Assembly: GCA_965644295.1 (NCBI GenBank)
Contig: CBFFRP010000559.1
Coordinates: 1 to 64,000, forward strand
Reading direction: 5' to 3'
From: Paraphysomonas bandaiensis
Lineage: Eukaryota > Protista > Chrysophyceae
DNA: 64,000 nt
Shown piece after piece: positions 1-13,120 of the stretch. Each line of letters begins with the position of its first letter. Position 1 is the first letter of the stretch. The notes below the pieces were generated by a model. The model saw only the letters and a program-made list of their open reading frames with translations, had not been told where the DNA came from and ran no database searches. The translations under genes were made by a program, and so were the position numbers.

Positions 1-1260
1 TCAGAATGGGAATGGTCTACAGGGTGTATTCACTGTATTTTGGATTTCAAGAAGTTAATTGGTCGGGTTTTATAGAAAAGTACGTGATTTCACAGATAGT
101 CGAGTTTTCATACATGAATATTGATTTTTAGTATGTGAATATCAGGATTTTGTGTGTTCAGTGTACGTATATATGCATGCATATGCATGACCCTCTCTGC
201 CTATATGAGCATACATACGAGCATGTGACTGTGTTCATGCGACTGTGTTCATTCTTGTCAATGGACTTCATTAACTTTAAAGATCACTTACGGTTTGTTT
301 GTGTTTCTGTTCCTGTAACTGCATCGGAGCCATGGCACATACACGTGCACTGAGCCACAAGCAACCCGCAACTCCATGCAGTTCCAGGAAGAGTTCGCCT
401 CTTTGTCTTGTGACTCAGTAACCCACAATGGAGTGTAAGCCAGTGGGCTGCGATACTCTCCAGCTGCGTCAGCGGATGCCGATCACCAGAAACAAACACA
501 AACCGTGCGTGCTCTTTAAGACAATTATAAAGCCGTTGACAAGAAGGGGCAAACATTCAGTCTCTTTATCGCAGCTCAGCACTGCAACTCTACAATTCGC
601 ATACGCTAAACAAACTCCATGCTATCATGATATTCATATAAGAGAACCCTGCATGTATACAAAACCAGAGTTTACTGCAATAAAATCACGAAGTCGAGGA
701 CAAACTCGAAGTGTAAATGTTGCTTTTTGTTTGAAACGTCCCTGATTTCATAACTCAACTCCAAGAATGAAAGCCAAAGGCTATAAAGCTGAAAGAGCTT
801 GAACGGGATAAATAATACATATACAAGTTCCTAAATTCAATTTCTTATCGCCTCTGCTAGTATTAACAGGAGTTAAGACAGGCAAACGATGGGTACTTGC
901 AGTTTCAGGAGTAATAAGAAATGTTAGCACTCTTTCCTATATACCCCATATCACCTGTACACATTGAAGAGGATGATAAGACTATCGATGTCTGTGTTTT
1001 ATGCTAAGTGCTTATAGAAAGATGTAATACACTTTAAGTTCTATATGATGTTATTAATAATATTATATGAAGTATTATATAGTGTTATATGTTATATATG
1101 CAGTAAACTGAATGCACAAACCAGACTTGCTGGTCTGCTCTCACCACAACAATTAAGAACGTGTAAAATAACGCGTGTTGTTATTACCTATGTACCTGAC
1201 CCGAGAGGGTAATACTTTACGTTCAATACACGAAATGTTACTCTATCTTTTTGCACTCGT

Positions 1261-1920
1261 TTTAGTAGTGAATGCCTTATTAATAGCAATTGGAAATTAC
1301 CTCTGATATCCAACTATCTATAAGTACCGGAGATATTTCTCCGGGAAACTAACGTGAGCCTCATATATAGACAGAATAGCTGAATGCTTTTGTGGTACAA
1401 AGGACACAAATAAGTGTCACTTGTGTAGTAGACGTCTTTGGGTCCTGACAAATAAAAAGGCATCCGGGATATTGCGCTGCCTACTGAAGTCAAGCATCCG
1501 GGTTGTTCACCTTAAAGACTCAAAAATCCTGAAGTCAACAGATGTCAGGTATATCAACATTCTGCTTGCTCACTGCGTTTGCTTTGAGCGAAAGTGGTTG
1601 CACCTTGGTGCTTGCGGTGACACACAAGCAGTTTTCGTAACATTAAATTACTAGCAGGATATCAGAGGTAAGAAGGATTAAACAGCTCTGACGCTCTGGC
1701 ACACACAACGACGACGAAAGAAAAATTTCAATTTCCTTTCTTTTCATCGAACTTTCCGCTATAGCTCTTTATTACGCCCTCTGTAAACAGGGCTTTAAAA
1801 TATATAAAAATATATATAATTAAAATTAACTGTTAGATGAAAAGAAGGAAAATTGATTTTTTTGTGTCTGTGTATCTAAAATGCCTATTGCTAATAATAA
1901 GACAATCACTACATCACTAC
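1261..1920. mobile_element. Copy of a dispersed repeat family (Rep1) with inverted termini; non-autonomous, class unknown
   Basis: 1321-1670 aligns by eye with 61409-61770, and 1878-1915 with 61818-61850. TTACCTCTGATATCC (1297-1311) is the exact reverse complement of GGATATCAGAGGTAA (1657-1671). 1261-1290 is an imperfect inverted copy of 1887-1915. Confidence 0.6.
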
Positions 1921-2181
1921 TACTGTGAGGTCCAGTGAAGTGAGTTTTACAGCAAATGACAGCTGCTATTTGTATTGTTGAGTTGCCTAATAAGTAAGCA
2001 TTTATATGCTGGAGTTTAAGGTTTAAAAATTTAAACCTGTGAAAAGTAAGCGACAGCATGATATATCACGACTGTACAAGGTACAAGATCTTAAGTTATT
2101 AATTGGTGATGGTCATGCCAATCAATGACAAGTTGTAAGGAATAATGAGAACGATGCCACATTTAAATGAAGGCGAGTAGT

Positions 2182-5100
2182 CTAAAGACGAGCGTTTCTT
2201 TCATCTTGAATCACGACTTCCATTGGTTTCATCTTGTTGTCATCTGAATTTCTTTCTACCCTCTCATAGCTCTCGCTTTGCCGTTCTTCTTTATCGCTCG
2301 CCCTAGTTTCAAGGGTTCCAGCAGAAAGAGAGATGGTCAGCTTTTTGGTCTGTAGGGCGAACAAGAAGTATTGACAGACTCTGAAAAATATGACGTAGGC
2401 CAATAACACTCCAAACATACTCCAAGCAGGTACATCTCGAAGGTTAAAAATTTCGTCTAACACCTGCTTTCCAGTTAGTTCCATTTTGGGATTGCTCCCA
2501 GAGACGTCAAAATCTTGGTCACGAAAAATCATCCACGTAAACCCCTTGAAAGACCACTACAAAGAGTAAACAAATATCAGGAATATGAACGACAGAAAAT
2601 GACATCAAACAAAAATATAAACAGCCTCAAAAACTTACATAAAGCGGAGCCACATAGCATGCCCAGGCCACAGATTTAGGCATTGCTGACTGCTCACGAA
2701 AAAAACTTGAGAAAAGCATATTCGTTCCGATAAATATCATTCCAGCCGTCGTACTTAAGAAGTCGTTCTTCAGAACCTCGACCATTACCATAACTGCACT
2801 TTCCTGTAGTATCAAGTGACCCCATGTAATAAAAATGTCATACAGGAAAGCCTCTCCATGAGGATTGAGGTCCACCAACCAGTGAAAAATACACACAAAG
2901 ATGAACACCGCAAAGAAATTATAAATGGCCGATACGATAAACTGAGCAACGACATATAACCCGGGGGAGTAAAAGCCGTTAGCAATTCTATCCACTGCCT
3001 CACGTCGGTCACGGGCAAACAATGCGGTACTCGCCACGGCGCATAACATAACAGCCACTGCTGTAGAAAACATGGCTCCCACATAAGCGTTAATCTGATC
3101 GGTCTCAGTATCGAGATCAAGGAATAAAGTACCCTCGAAGACGGCTATGATAATTAGCGAATACATGCGGTATATAAAATACCCTGGCTCTTTCATGTAG
3201 TAATAAAAAAAGTGAAGAATCATGATGATCAGTCGCTTCAGCATACTCGGTGGTGGCCGAGGTTCGGCAGCAGATGACACTTTTTTTGCTGCCTCAAAAG
3301 CTTGGAAGTATTTGGTCCCATATTCAGACTCATTAAACAGCTCAGTCCAGGTCTTATCATGACCTTCTGGATTCCTCTGTACAAGATCCAGGTAGTAGTC
3401 CGCTGGGTTGATTTTCTCCGGGTTACTATATCCAAGAGAAGCGAAATAGTGCTTTGCATCTGCAATGCTTCCACCGTATACCATACGGCCAGTCTCCAGA
3501 AGAAATAAATCATCTAGCATCTCGAAAACCAAAGCCGAAGGCTGGTGAATAGTCATGATAATAGCGACATTCGTCGTTTTAGCTACAGATGATAGATACT
3601 TCACTATGCTGTAAGAGGCAGTGCTGTCAACACCAGTGGTAGGCTCTACACAAAAAGAGGGTTTTATACTACTCACAAATAAGATAATATACAAACAGCA
3701 CCAGGTATAAACAATAGATGAGAAGGCACAGAGAAAGAGAATATCTCACTTTACCATCTTAGTACTACAGTAAGATAGTCTCATTCATATATCAACGCAG
3801 AAATGTCATATATAAGCACCATTCGCTTACACACCGTCTAGAAAAAGCACATAGGGATTGGAAATAAGACCCACTCCAATGCTGACCCGTTTAATCTCAC
3901 CACCCGACAAGTGTCTGACTTGAGTGTCTTTTTTTTCTGTCAAGCCTAGCACCTTCAAGATCTCCATAGCCCTAACTTCCATTTTGGTACAATCATGGCA
4001 AGTAAGTCGGCCCACCAACAGCACATGCTGATATACGGTCAAAACATCATTGACCTCATCAAACTGGGGTACGTAAGTGAGGTCTTGTGATGTCATGTCT
4101 CTCCCTAAAAAGCTTACAGAGCCCTCCAGTGTGGCATAGGAGGCACGATTAGCCAAGCCGCTGCAGAACACATAAGATTACAAATCGAATGTCTTGTATA
4201 CATTTAGTAGGAAAGCGTAGTTCTGCATAAACTATTTTGGCACAATTGCATATAGCGTAACATACATATACAACGAATTTCATTTCCAAAGCGGGAATGA
4301 GCAATCGGTGTTGAACTTACTTGAGTAGCGTTGTTTTCCCAGCCCCAGATGGCCCCATGAGTGCGAGTACTCGCCCAGGTTGCACATATCCAGATACATC
4401 ATCAACAAGTCTTTGTCCTGTTTTCGATAGAATTACGCTGAAGTTCGACCACGAAAGGGAACCATTGTTTTCTTCATGGAAAGAGCCCTGGCGCATTGTT
4501 CGGCCTTGAACTTGTTCAGCAGGAGACACCACTGTGTGAGACTGCACGCTCGAGCTGCTGCCATTTTCAGGCCTAGCATTACTGCTGTCGTTTCCACAAG
4601 TTGCTGTGCTAGCTGCTGAATTATTTTCTGCCGGCTTTTTCACATAGGAACTTGCCCAGTAAAAAATACTATCGACAGGATAATACGTCAGAAATGCTAC
4701 ACCAAGTTTGAGAGCCACAAATATGACACACATATATCCGAAGTACTCCCAGTAACTCTCATCTCTCTGTATTCCCTGGGTAACCTCTAGCATCTCACGG
4801 CCATTTACTTCACACCCCGGGTTCGTATCGTGATAATAGTCGCACTCATACCGAACACCCGTGCCTGGCTCTATACATCGTCCCTCCAAGTCAACTTGAT
4901 CGCACCGAAAGTCCATGTACTGAAAGACTTCCATGTTGAATGCGCGACTTCCCTGAGAAAAAACAGTAGCCTCTTGTAACCATATCCAGTACCTACAATA
5001 CATACGGCATAAAAATAAATAGAACCAGTGGTGTGTGAAGTATAGGATACAGAATGGTTTAATACATTGTCGCAAAAGTGGAAAGGAAATGCACTTACTT

Positions 5101-6884
5101 TGGACAGTCGTTCCAGGCAACGAACACACCACCACCAAATACCTGAAGGTTAACAAGGCATATTTGGGCGAACACCATCGATGTCGTAGGATTGTTGGAT
5201 AGCTTCGTGACAACAGCAATCATTGCCTCTGCAGTCATAAACAGCTGTAGTACAATTAGACGAGAACATATTGTAGAAATAATACACAAAAATCGTATGC
5301 CGTTCTATGCGGCTACATAGCAACTATTCTGTGGGCATATAATCGTCATTTTGCATCGATGTATTCTGACTTACCATCCAACCTGCCAGAATGAGAAAGG
5401 GGTATGCTCTAGCTGGGAAGCCCATCATAAAGTATGCCATCGCTCCAACAGGAAAAAACATGACTCCCAATGTAGCAGTTGAGATCGTGTCCGATAGAAG
5501 GACCGCAAACTTGCTGTACTTGGCATTGTAAACCTCATGGGTAGCACGTTTAGTGGACGAGCTAAGGTAATATACCTTGAAGGCATGTACCCAACAAAAG
5601 CAAAATACAATCCACAACAGTGCAGACGGAAACATGTTAAAATTCCCATTGACTTGGCGGGGTAGGTTCCAAAATACTGCCCCAATAAGAAATCCAAAGC
5701 AGAGCAACATTGTCACTTGAAAATGGTACAGTGTAGGGTCCCTATAGGCTAGGGTATATTCCCTATATATCAGCAAATATAATTGCTTCAGAAAAGGTAC
5801 GGTATTTTTGGGAACATCAACAACGTGCGTGCCAGACTCGCATAACTTTTTATGCCTTTCTAAAGTGTTCCGCAATTCTGCCCCCTCAGGAGAGATGTTG
5901 AACATGCAGCCAAAATCCGTGTCCTTGTCACCAGAAAAGCTCTTATCTGTAATCTGGAGGAAATAGTCAGTTGGGGTGACGGAAGCAGGACAGGGATAGC
6001 CATGTCGAGAAAAGTATTTTTCACTCTCCGATAGTGTCCCGAAAAACACCCCCCCACCATTCTCCATTAGCATGATGTGATCGAATAAACCCAACATGCG
6101 AGAGTTCGGCTGATGAATGGATAGCACGACCGAGAACTTTCCGTTGCTTGATTTGACCAAATCTCGGATGCATGACAAAACTTCGAACGCAACACTTGAA
6201 TCCAAGCCTGAAGTGGGTTCGTCCAAAAGGAGGATACTTGGTGATGCGATAAGCTCGCAAGCAATCTCCGCCCGCTTTTTCTGACCCCCACTCAAACCTC
6301 GCTACAAGTAATTCCAAACGGTTAGAAAAAACATACCGACATACCGATAATATATACATATAATAGAGTTACACTGAATAATGAACCCACAACATGAAAT
6401 GATGACAGAGAGGATAACTTACAAAGATAAGAGTGCCAATGATTCCATCAGCCACATGATCGATGCCGAGTTTTTCCAATAAATCCGCAACATCCTTATC
6501 AATAACTTCTTTGGGTTCATTTCGTTTAAACATTGCTGTGTATGTGGCAACCTCCCTAGCGGTAAGTTCGCCCAATACACTGTCAGTCAGAGGCACATAC
6601 GCCACTGGATTGTGTATATCTTTAGGGTCAATAGCCCGACCGTTCATGTATACATCGCCCGTTATACTCAGATCTTGAATACGTCCAGAGAGAGCCTGTA
6701 GCAGGACACTCTTCCCCGCTGCAGAGGGTCCGAGTATCGCAGTCACCCCGCCCTTCACCGCATAGCCACACACGTCTCTCAATATATACTTCGAGTCCGT
6801 TAAACTGTACACAGAAAGATCTCTGAATCCCACTGAGATATCCTCTGATTCAACATGAACACCCTCTTCAAGATCCTTTGACAT
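2182..6884 (-). CDS. Full-size ABCG (White/PDR-type) transporter, NBD-TMD-NBD-TMD, multi-exon
   Basis: NBD1: Walker A GPSAAGKS, signature LSGGQKKR, Walker B LLLDEPTSGLDS, SIHQP. NBD2: GPSGAGKT, LSGGEIKRVSIG, LFLDEPTTGVDS, TIHQP. Each NBD is followed by an ABC2-type membrane domain. ORF pieces join across GT-AG introns. Likely start MSKDLEEG at 6884; TAG at 2182. Confidence 0.93.
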
Positions 6885-7315
6885 CTTATCAACAGATCGG
6901 ACTGTTTGGATCCTATGAGCTGACTGCACTGGGCTGCACTGCGCTGGGCTGTATATCTGGGAGGGTATCCACATAGCAACCACGCATCAAAATTACCGGT
7001 TTTTAGATATTTGGAAGATATAAACACAAGATACCACAGAAAAACATGGATTTTTTTGACATATTCCCTCATAAAATTATTATTTTCAGGAATTTTCTAA
7101 CGATCAGTTGAAGTGAAGCTGTGTGGATGTCATCAACTTGAAGAAGGAGTAGAACTCCATAGAACTCCATTGAAGTCCTTATAGAAATCCCTCAATTATA
7201 ACACTACAATTTAAAAAATCGGCTATTTTTAATTTAAAATATGAAGTTTTTACATATTTTCCTAATTTGAGTGTCACTGCTGTCGACACCACAGCGATCA
7301 TATGCAGCACTGGTG

Positions 7316-7625
7316 CTCTGCAGAGGTATCAGTATCTTGCTCCTGTATATATGCATGCTGATATCTAGATATCTATGCATTGCACACTCTGCAGAGGTAT
7401 CAGTATCTTGCTTGATAACTTGCTACTGTATATATGCATGCTGATATCTAGATATCTATGCATTGCTCTGCAGAGGTATCAGTATCTTGCTTGATAACTT
7501 GCTACTGTATATATGCATGCTGATATCTAGATATCTATGCATTGCTCTGCAGAGGTATCAGTATCTTGCTTGATAACTTGCTACTGTATATATGCATGCT
7601 GATATCTAGATATCTATGCATTGCT
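7316..7625. repeat. 79-bp tandem minisatellite, about 4 copies, palindrome-rich
   Basis: CTGATATCTAGATATC recurs at 7358, 7441, 7520 and 7599. The unit contains the palindromes CTCTGCAGAG and GATATCTAGATATC. Confidence 0.95.
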
Positions 7626-8141
7626 CACTCAATTTAACACCAGCACTCCACTCTATGGCATTGGGGCTTGCAAATGGGACCTTTAGGATATCATAACTGT
7701 GCATTGATAACAAGATAATGATACACTACAGACACATGTGATCATCACAACTGTTACGTCTCCTCATCATATATACACACATGCACTAGTGCACGATATG
7801 TACTTTGAAGTTATCCATTTTTGTGACACATTTGTTTCACTGATACGAATATGTGTCATTCACTCTGACGAATAAGATACAGATATGTGGTGGTACAGTT
7901 AACTCTAGTTAGTACAACAAAAGTCTATATCATTCTATTTTCGCTGTAATCTAATGTCGTAATTGCTGAAATATTCCAACTGTCACATCATTTCACAATG
8001 CCTCTGACATTTTTACAATATATATATATCTTTGAATTACATAAAAAGTAAACAATTGCGATATGTACAAGCAGAAATAAATTTTCATTAGTCTACACTT
8101 CATTAAGTATATCCAGCAAAAACCTAGACCCACACCATGGA

Positions 8142-10564
8142 CTAGGACGTGTCAGAAGTGCGCTCTGATACCCTGTCTTTCGGATTACTGCTAATGAGTG
8201 TACCCTGTCGTGGAGAAAATCCCGATGGTAATACCAACACCTAGAAGTTCAGCAGTGATCCCTCTGGCATAAATATATATATCCATGGACATGGCACAAG
8301 CATACAAAAAACATCTAGCTCATGCCACGGCACATGCATAAAAGCAAACGTTACATACTATATGCTTCTGCATTGTATGCATGTAGCTGTATATCTATTA
8401 TTCAGACTACGAATCACACACAACATAAAGCGGTCAAGTCATACTGCAATACACACAACTTACCGGCATGGCTTCATTGAAATCACGTACTGCATCGCTA
8501 TGAGCAAAATGGCGATCGAGAATCCCTCGTATTCCAGTGCTCCCAGTATGCCCTTGCATTCCAACCAAAGGACGACCCATTTTCTCCACTTTACTACCGG
8601 AATTAACTTGTTCTACACTCATCGCAGATATATTGGCTCGGGGCTTATCACTTATCACTACCTCACTAGCGGAGCTACCATCATCATTCGCGGAACTATT
8701 TTCGCCGCGATCCACTGCCGAAACAGCATTTGGATGAGATTTGCGGCGATCACCCGTCGTGCCCTGTTTCTTTCTGGGTCGAGAACGTCCTCTCGATGAC
8801 CGCTGCGAGCGTCCTGATGGAGTAGGCAATAGACTCTCTCTCAAATGACCATCAGAATGCCCATTTTCCAAATGGGAATTGAGCTTAATTGTAACCATTG
8901 ACCCCAGTTCACCGCCAAGGAATGGTCTGCACAGGCATTGTTATAAAATATATCACCACTTTACGAGACACACATATAGTGTACCCTACATATACGTCTA
9001 CAAATCAATTTATTACTTGTAGTCGAACGCAATTATGTTAATTGCACCCAATAATGCCATTTCAATGCATATAATGAAATCCTGCAGAGTCGCATCCAGC
9101 GCAGAGTCGTCATACTTCCACCCTGCAACACATCTCATATACACGCACAAACTACAAATACATGTCGATCATGACGAGTATGGTGGAAACAGCATTACCT
9201 GGTGGACTAGCGATGACGTCCAGGCTCACTAGCAAAGAGATAAGCATGCCCTGGACAAGACATGATATCAGAAAAAAAACAGGCATAAATCTTCCTTGCA
9301 ATGTAACATACGAGAACAAGCACATAACAATGACACGAAGCTTAATGTATAAGTTCAAATTTGATGCATATGCATAACACATTCCGCACCTGCCAGAAAA
9401 TGACGAATATTATAGTCTTTATACACAGAAACTTTGGTAAAGGATTGAGGGGAGCAAGGGCCTCTTTGAATGTATAGTAAAAGGAAATCAAGCATGACAA
9501 AGCCAGGGCAATCTAATTCGAAGAAAGTGTTAGATTTCCGCTAGTAGAAATGGAGTATAGTATACGCAAAAATATAATCACAACATGTAGAACTGCCCCA
9601 TTCAGAGAGTATGTCCTAATAGGATAGAGCTATATGTAGCACAACTGTTTATCGTACCGATATATTCGTAGCAACGGTTGCGTAGAAATAGCCAGAGAGT
9701 GGGCTATAGCTCCCTTCGTCATAAGCACCCGCCATTGCTATAATATTAGAAATCAAAAATATCTGATAAAGGTGCTACAAGATCCTCGTATATATTCATT
9801 CACCACCAGGATTGTCGCATACGACACAAACCGCCATACTTACATAATAATAGCGCCAGGATAGCAACAACAGGCTTAACAACACAGTACTACAATATAG
9901 ACAAATGAGTTACTTGTTGCAGAGCAGTGGTCCAGACCTGTAGTGTCCCGAACTTCACAAACCTAATATATAACGCCGACAAAGTGTAACCCACAAAAAA
10001 CATAATAAGTAATATATGTCACAGCAACTTACTTGAGATACTCTTTTCCAGTGGGCATATTTTGGGTCGTGAAAAGGTTGAAGGGGGCCGGGTAGGGCGT
10101 TGGAGGGAGGGTTTCTAGGTAGTCGTAAAGGCAAGAATCGTCTCCGAAGGACAGGAAGCATACCAAAAGGGCAAAGAAAAGGTACAGTACATAGGCCTAC
10201 AAAACATATGACTACATAGCACATATATACATAGAGGGCATGAGCATATCATATACATGTATGTATGTGTGTGTACCTCGTAACAGTCTCGTGCAGTGTC
10301 GATATACACCGCACAAGAAGGAAACAACAGACTCATGACACAGTTGAATGAGTATATCGGGACCATCCATATGATTCCCACGATCTTAGACTGCAGATGA
10401 GGGCTGTGAAAGTAGTGAATGTGCTGCATATACACAGACAGTTATGTACACACGTATAGACATAGAGATACGGAGAGAGGGACCTTATTAATGAGCCATA
10501 GCGATGCAGTGGTTCCCAGTAGAGCAAAACACACAGCGATGTAAACTAAATAATCAAGCACCAT
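8142..10564 (-). CDS. TMEM184 / organic solute transporter alpha (Solute_trans_a) family membrane protein, multi-exon
   Basis: Exons encode HIHYFHSPHLQSKIVGIIWMVPIYSFN, DTARDCYE, KFSVYK and QDFIICIEMAL, plus a C-terminal FAHSDAVRDFNEAMP typical of TMEM184-like proteins. ATG at 10564; last exon ends TAG at 8142. Confidence 0.88.
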
Positions 10565-10776
10565 CTTTATATATGAGCGTCTGTCTGTGTGTGTATGTAT
10601 GTGTCTTAACAGGACAGATGCAGACGCTGGTATACATACACATACACTGTATATACATACATACATTTATACACACAGTGGGCTGTACATGCAGAGTACT
10701 ACTGCTGTATATTGTGGATCTTTGCATATCTACACAGCAGTGAGACTTTAGTGTACCTATTTTTATGCTAAAATCT

Positions 10777-10866
10777 GATTTTAGTCATAATTTCCTACTT
10801 TTTTCATATTTCCCAGATTTTCGTCATAATTTCCTACTTTTCTTCATATTTCCCAGATTTTAGTCA
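10777..10866. repeat. About 40-bp AT-rich tandem duplication in the TMEM184/phosphatase divergent intergenic region
   Basis: GATTTT(A/C)GTCATAATTTCCTACTTTT..TCATATTTCCCA occurs twice, followed by the start of a third unit. Confidence 0.85.
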
Positions 10867-11235
10867 GGTTTTTTTCTAGTTGATGTAACTGCATCTCACA
10901 GCAGCAGTATAGACATACATACACCGCAGCTGCGTGTATATATATACATGTGTGTACATACAGCAGTACAGCTGCAGCGTATGTATGTATGTGTGTGTAT
11001 GTGTGTATATATATGTATGTCTGCTCACTCGATCAACACGACAGCACCCAGTGCATCCCTTAACACTCACATCATCATCAACAACAACAACAACAACAAC
11101 AACAGCAGATCCGCATATCTCCCTTATCACCAACGCATCCATACACATACATCTCTACACACACATACACTCAGAGATATACACAGACACGCACATACAT
11201 ACATACATACACACATACATACAGAGCCTGTAGAC

Positions 11236-13120
11236 ATGTCGAGAGTGATGAACAAGAAGGTGAGGAGCCACACAAGACACACATTTGATGTCATAACTAA
11301 CTCTTATCTATAGAATAATGCAGTTGACTTCGATGAAGAGGCGAGACTGCTGTGGGAGAGACTCAACCTCGACCCCTCTGCACACAAGTACGCCCTCTAT
11401 ATGATACATACATGCATACATGACCCTCTGCACCCCTCTATATGATACATATGTACATACATGACCCTCTGCACCCCTCCATATGATACATATGTACATA
11501 CATGACCCTCTGCACCCCTCCATATGATACATATGTACATACATGACCCTCTGCACCCCTCTATATGATACATACATACATACATACATACATACATACG
11601 TGACCCCTCTATATGATACATACATACATGACCCCTCTGCACACATGTACACCCCTCTCTATGATGTATATATATCTGACCCCAGCTATATATCAGTTTT
11701 ACGAACCGTTCGTGAGAACATATTACATCTATGTATATGACTCCTGTACATGGATTGTATGTGCTATCTCACTGTCCATTAGTATCTATCACTGCACTGT
11801 GTATATGTATGTCCCACTATCCATTTGGATGTATGACCCCTGTGTTGTCTGTGTATGTTACCCTTATGGTTGAATAGTTTAATCCTTGTAATATGAATGT
11901 AGTGTATCTGCACTATGTAGAAATGTGTATGTGCTTTATAGACTGTGTATGCTTAACTTTTATGCTGTCTGTATTTTCAAGTACTGCTTAGAGTATTTAT
12001 ATATCAAGTGTATATATATCTGTGTATTTTTAATCATGTACTCTGCTAATTTTTACTTGGTTGGACAGGCAAGGTAAATGGAACCCATTAGATCCTATTT
12101 GGAGACATCCAGAGGGTGGTGGTATCATATATGTCGGAAATCAAACGGCGGCAGAAGATTTAAATCTTTTGAGAAATTACAATGTCACGCATGGTAAGAA
12201 GCCTGTCTCGTGTGCTAGATGAACCGATACAGCGTAGTGAGTTGTGTATGTGGCCTATTGGCATGTGTTTTCCTGTGTTGTCCTCGAGTGGAATTCAAGT
12301 GTTCACATTGTCTATTTCAGTTGTGAATTGTACTATTGGTGGTTCTCAAATTCCCAATTATCACGAGAAAAGTGGCGCTATACAATATTACAGATTTCCT
12401 GTAAGTGTTGTGTGACCTCTGTGTATCTGCGATACTGTATTGAAATTTCAATAAAATGCTCAGTATAGCTTCCATGGATCAATTTTTCCTTGATGTTTTA
12501 TGTGGCATCTGATTTGTGAGTATATAGATCAGTCACTGGAAGATGTACTGTGATGAAAGGGATCAGAGTATACTAGGTAAAATATATGTACTCCCTTACG
12601 TTCATTGCGGGCACTGGTTGTGCTACTGCGCACGTGTACACACGAATCATTGATCATTCCATGCAGTACTGAGAACGTACTGAAATTATTTGGTTTGTAG
12701 CTTTTACTACGGACTTATTTCAGTTTCTGGAAAGCGCAATTTGCAATGGAACTAACGTAATGGTAAAAATCTCGAAATCGGCAGATTAAATACCTTAACT
12801 TATCGCTTTTGTACTTCAACAGGTTCATTGCTTAGCTGGCGCCCACAGAGCTGGCACAACGGGATGCGCATGTTTGGTTCACTTTGCAGGTATATGAATT
12901 GTTGCTTCAATACTAGACTGTACACACAATGTCTGATACGCACAACACACTGCCTTGTGTACAGTACCAACACAATTGTCACTGACGTTTTCGCGATTTA
13001 GGTATGGATGTTCCAACTGCTATCGCATCTGCAAAGAGATGCCGGCCTATTATTGATCCCATTGGTGGGCTCCCTGAATTCTTAGACCGTTTGTACCGTG
13101 CTGAACACTCCAGAAAATAA
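11236..13120 (+). CDS. Dual-specificity protein phosphatase, multi-exon
   Basis: Spliced product MSRVMNKK...IYVGNQTAAEDLNLLRNYNVTHVVNCT...VHCLAGAHRAG (HCxxGxxR catalytic loop)...AKRCRPIIDPIGGLPEFL...RK*. TAA at 13118-13120. Missed by the ORF track because the exons are short. Confidence 0.9.
11371..11665 (+). repeat. 41-bp minisatellite in intron 2 of the phosphatase gene
   Basis: ATGACCCTCTGCACCCCTC recurs at 11420, 11461, 11502 and 11543, with degenerate flanking units. Confidence 0.93.

Noticed and set aside
284-745. Short ORFs at the window start
   Set aside because: No recognisable motif or consistent splice chain. They may be TE debris or part of a gene outside the window.
7316-7625. 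CRISPR-like array
   Set aside because: The units are contiguous tandem copies without unique spacers, the context is eukaryotic and no cas genes are present.
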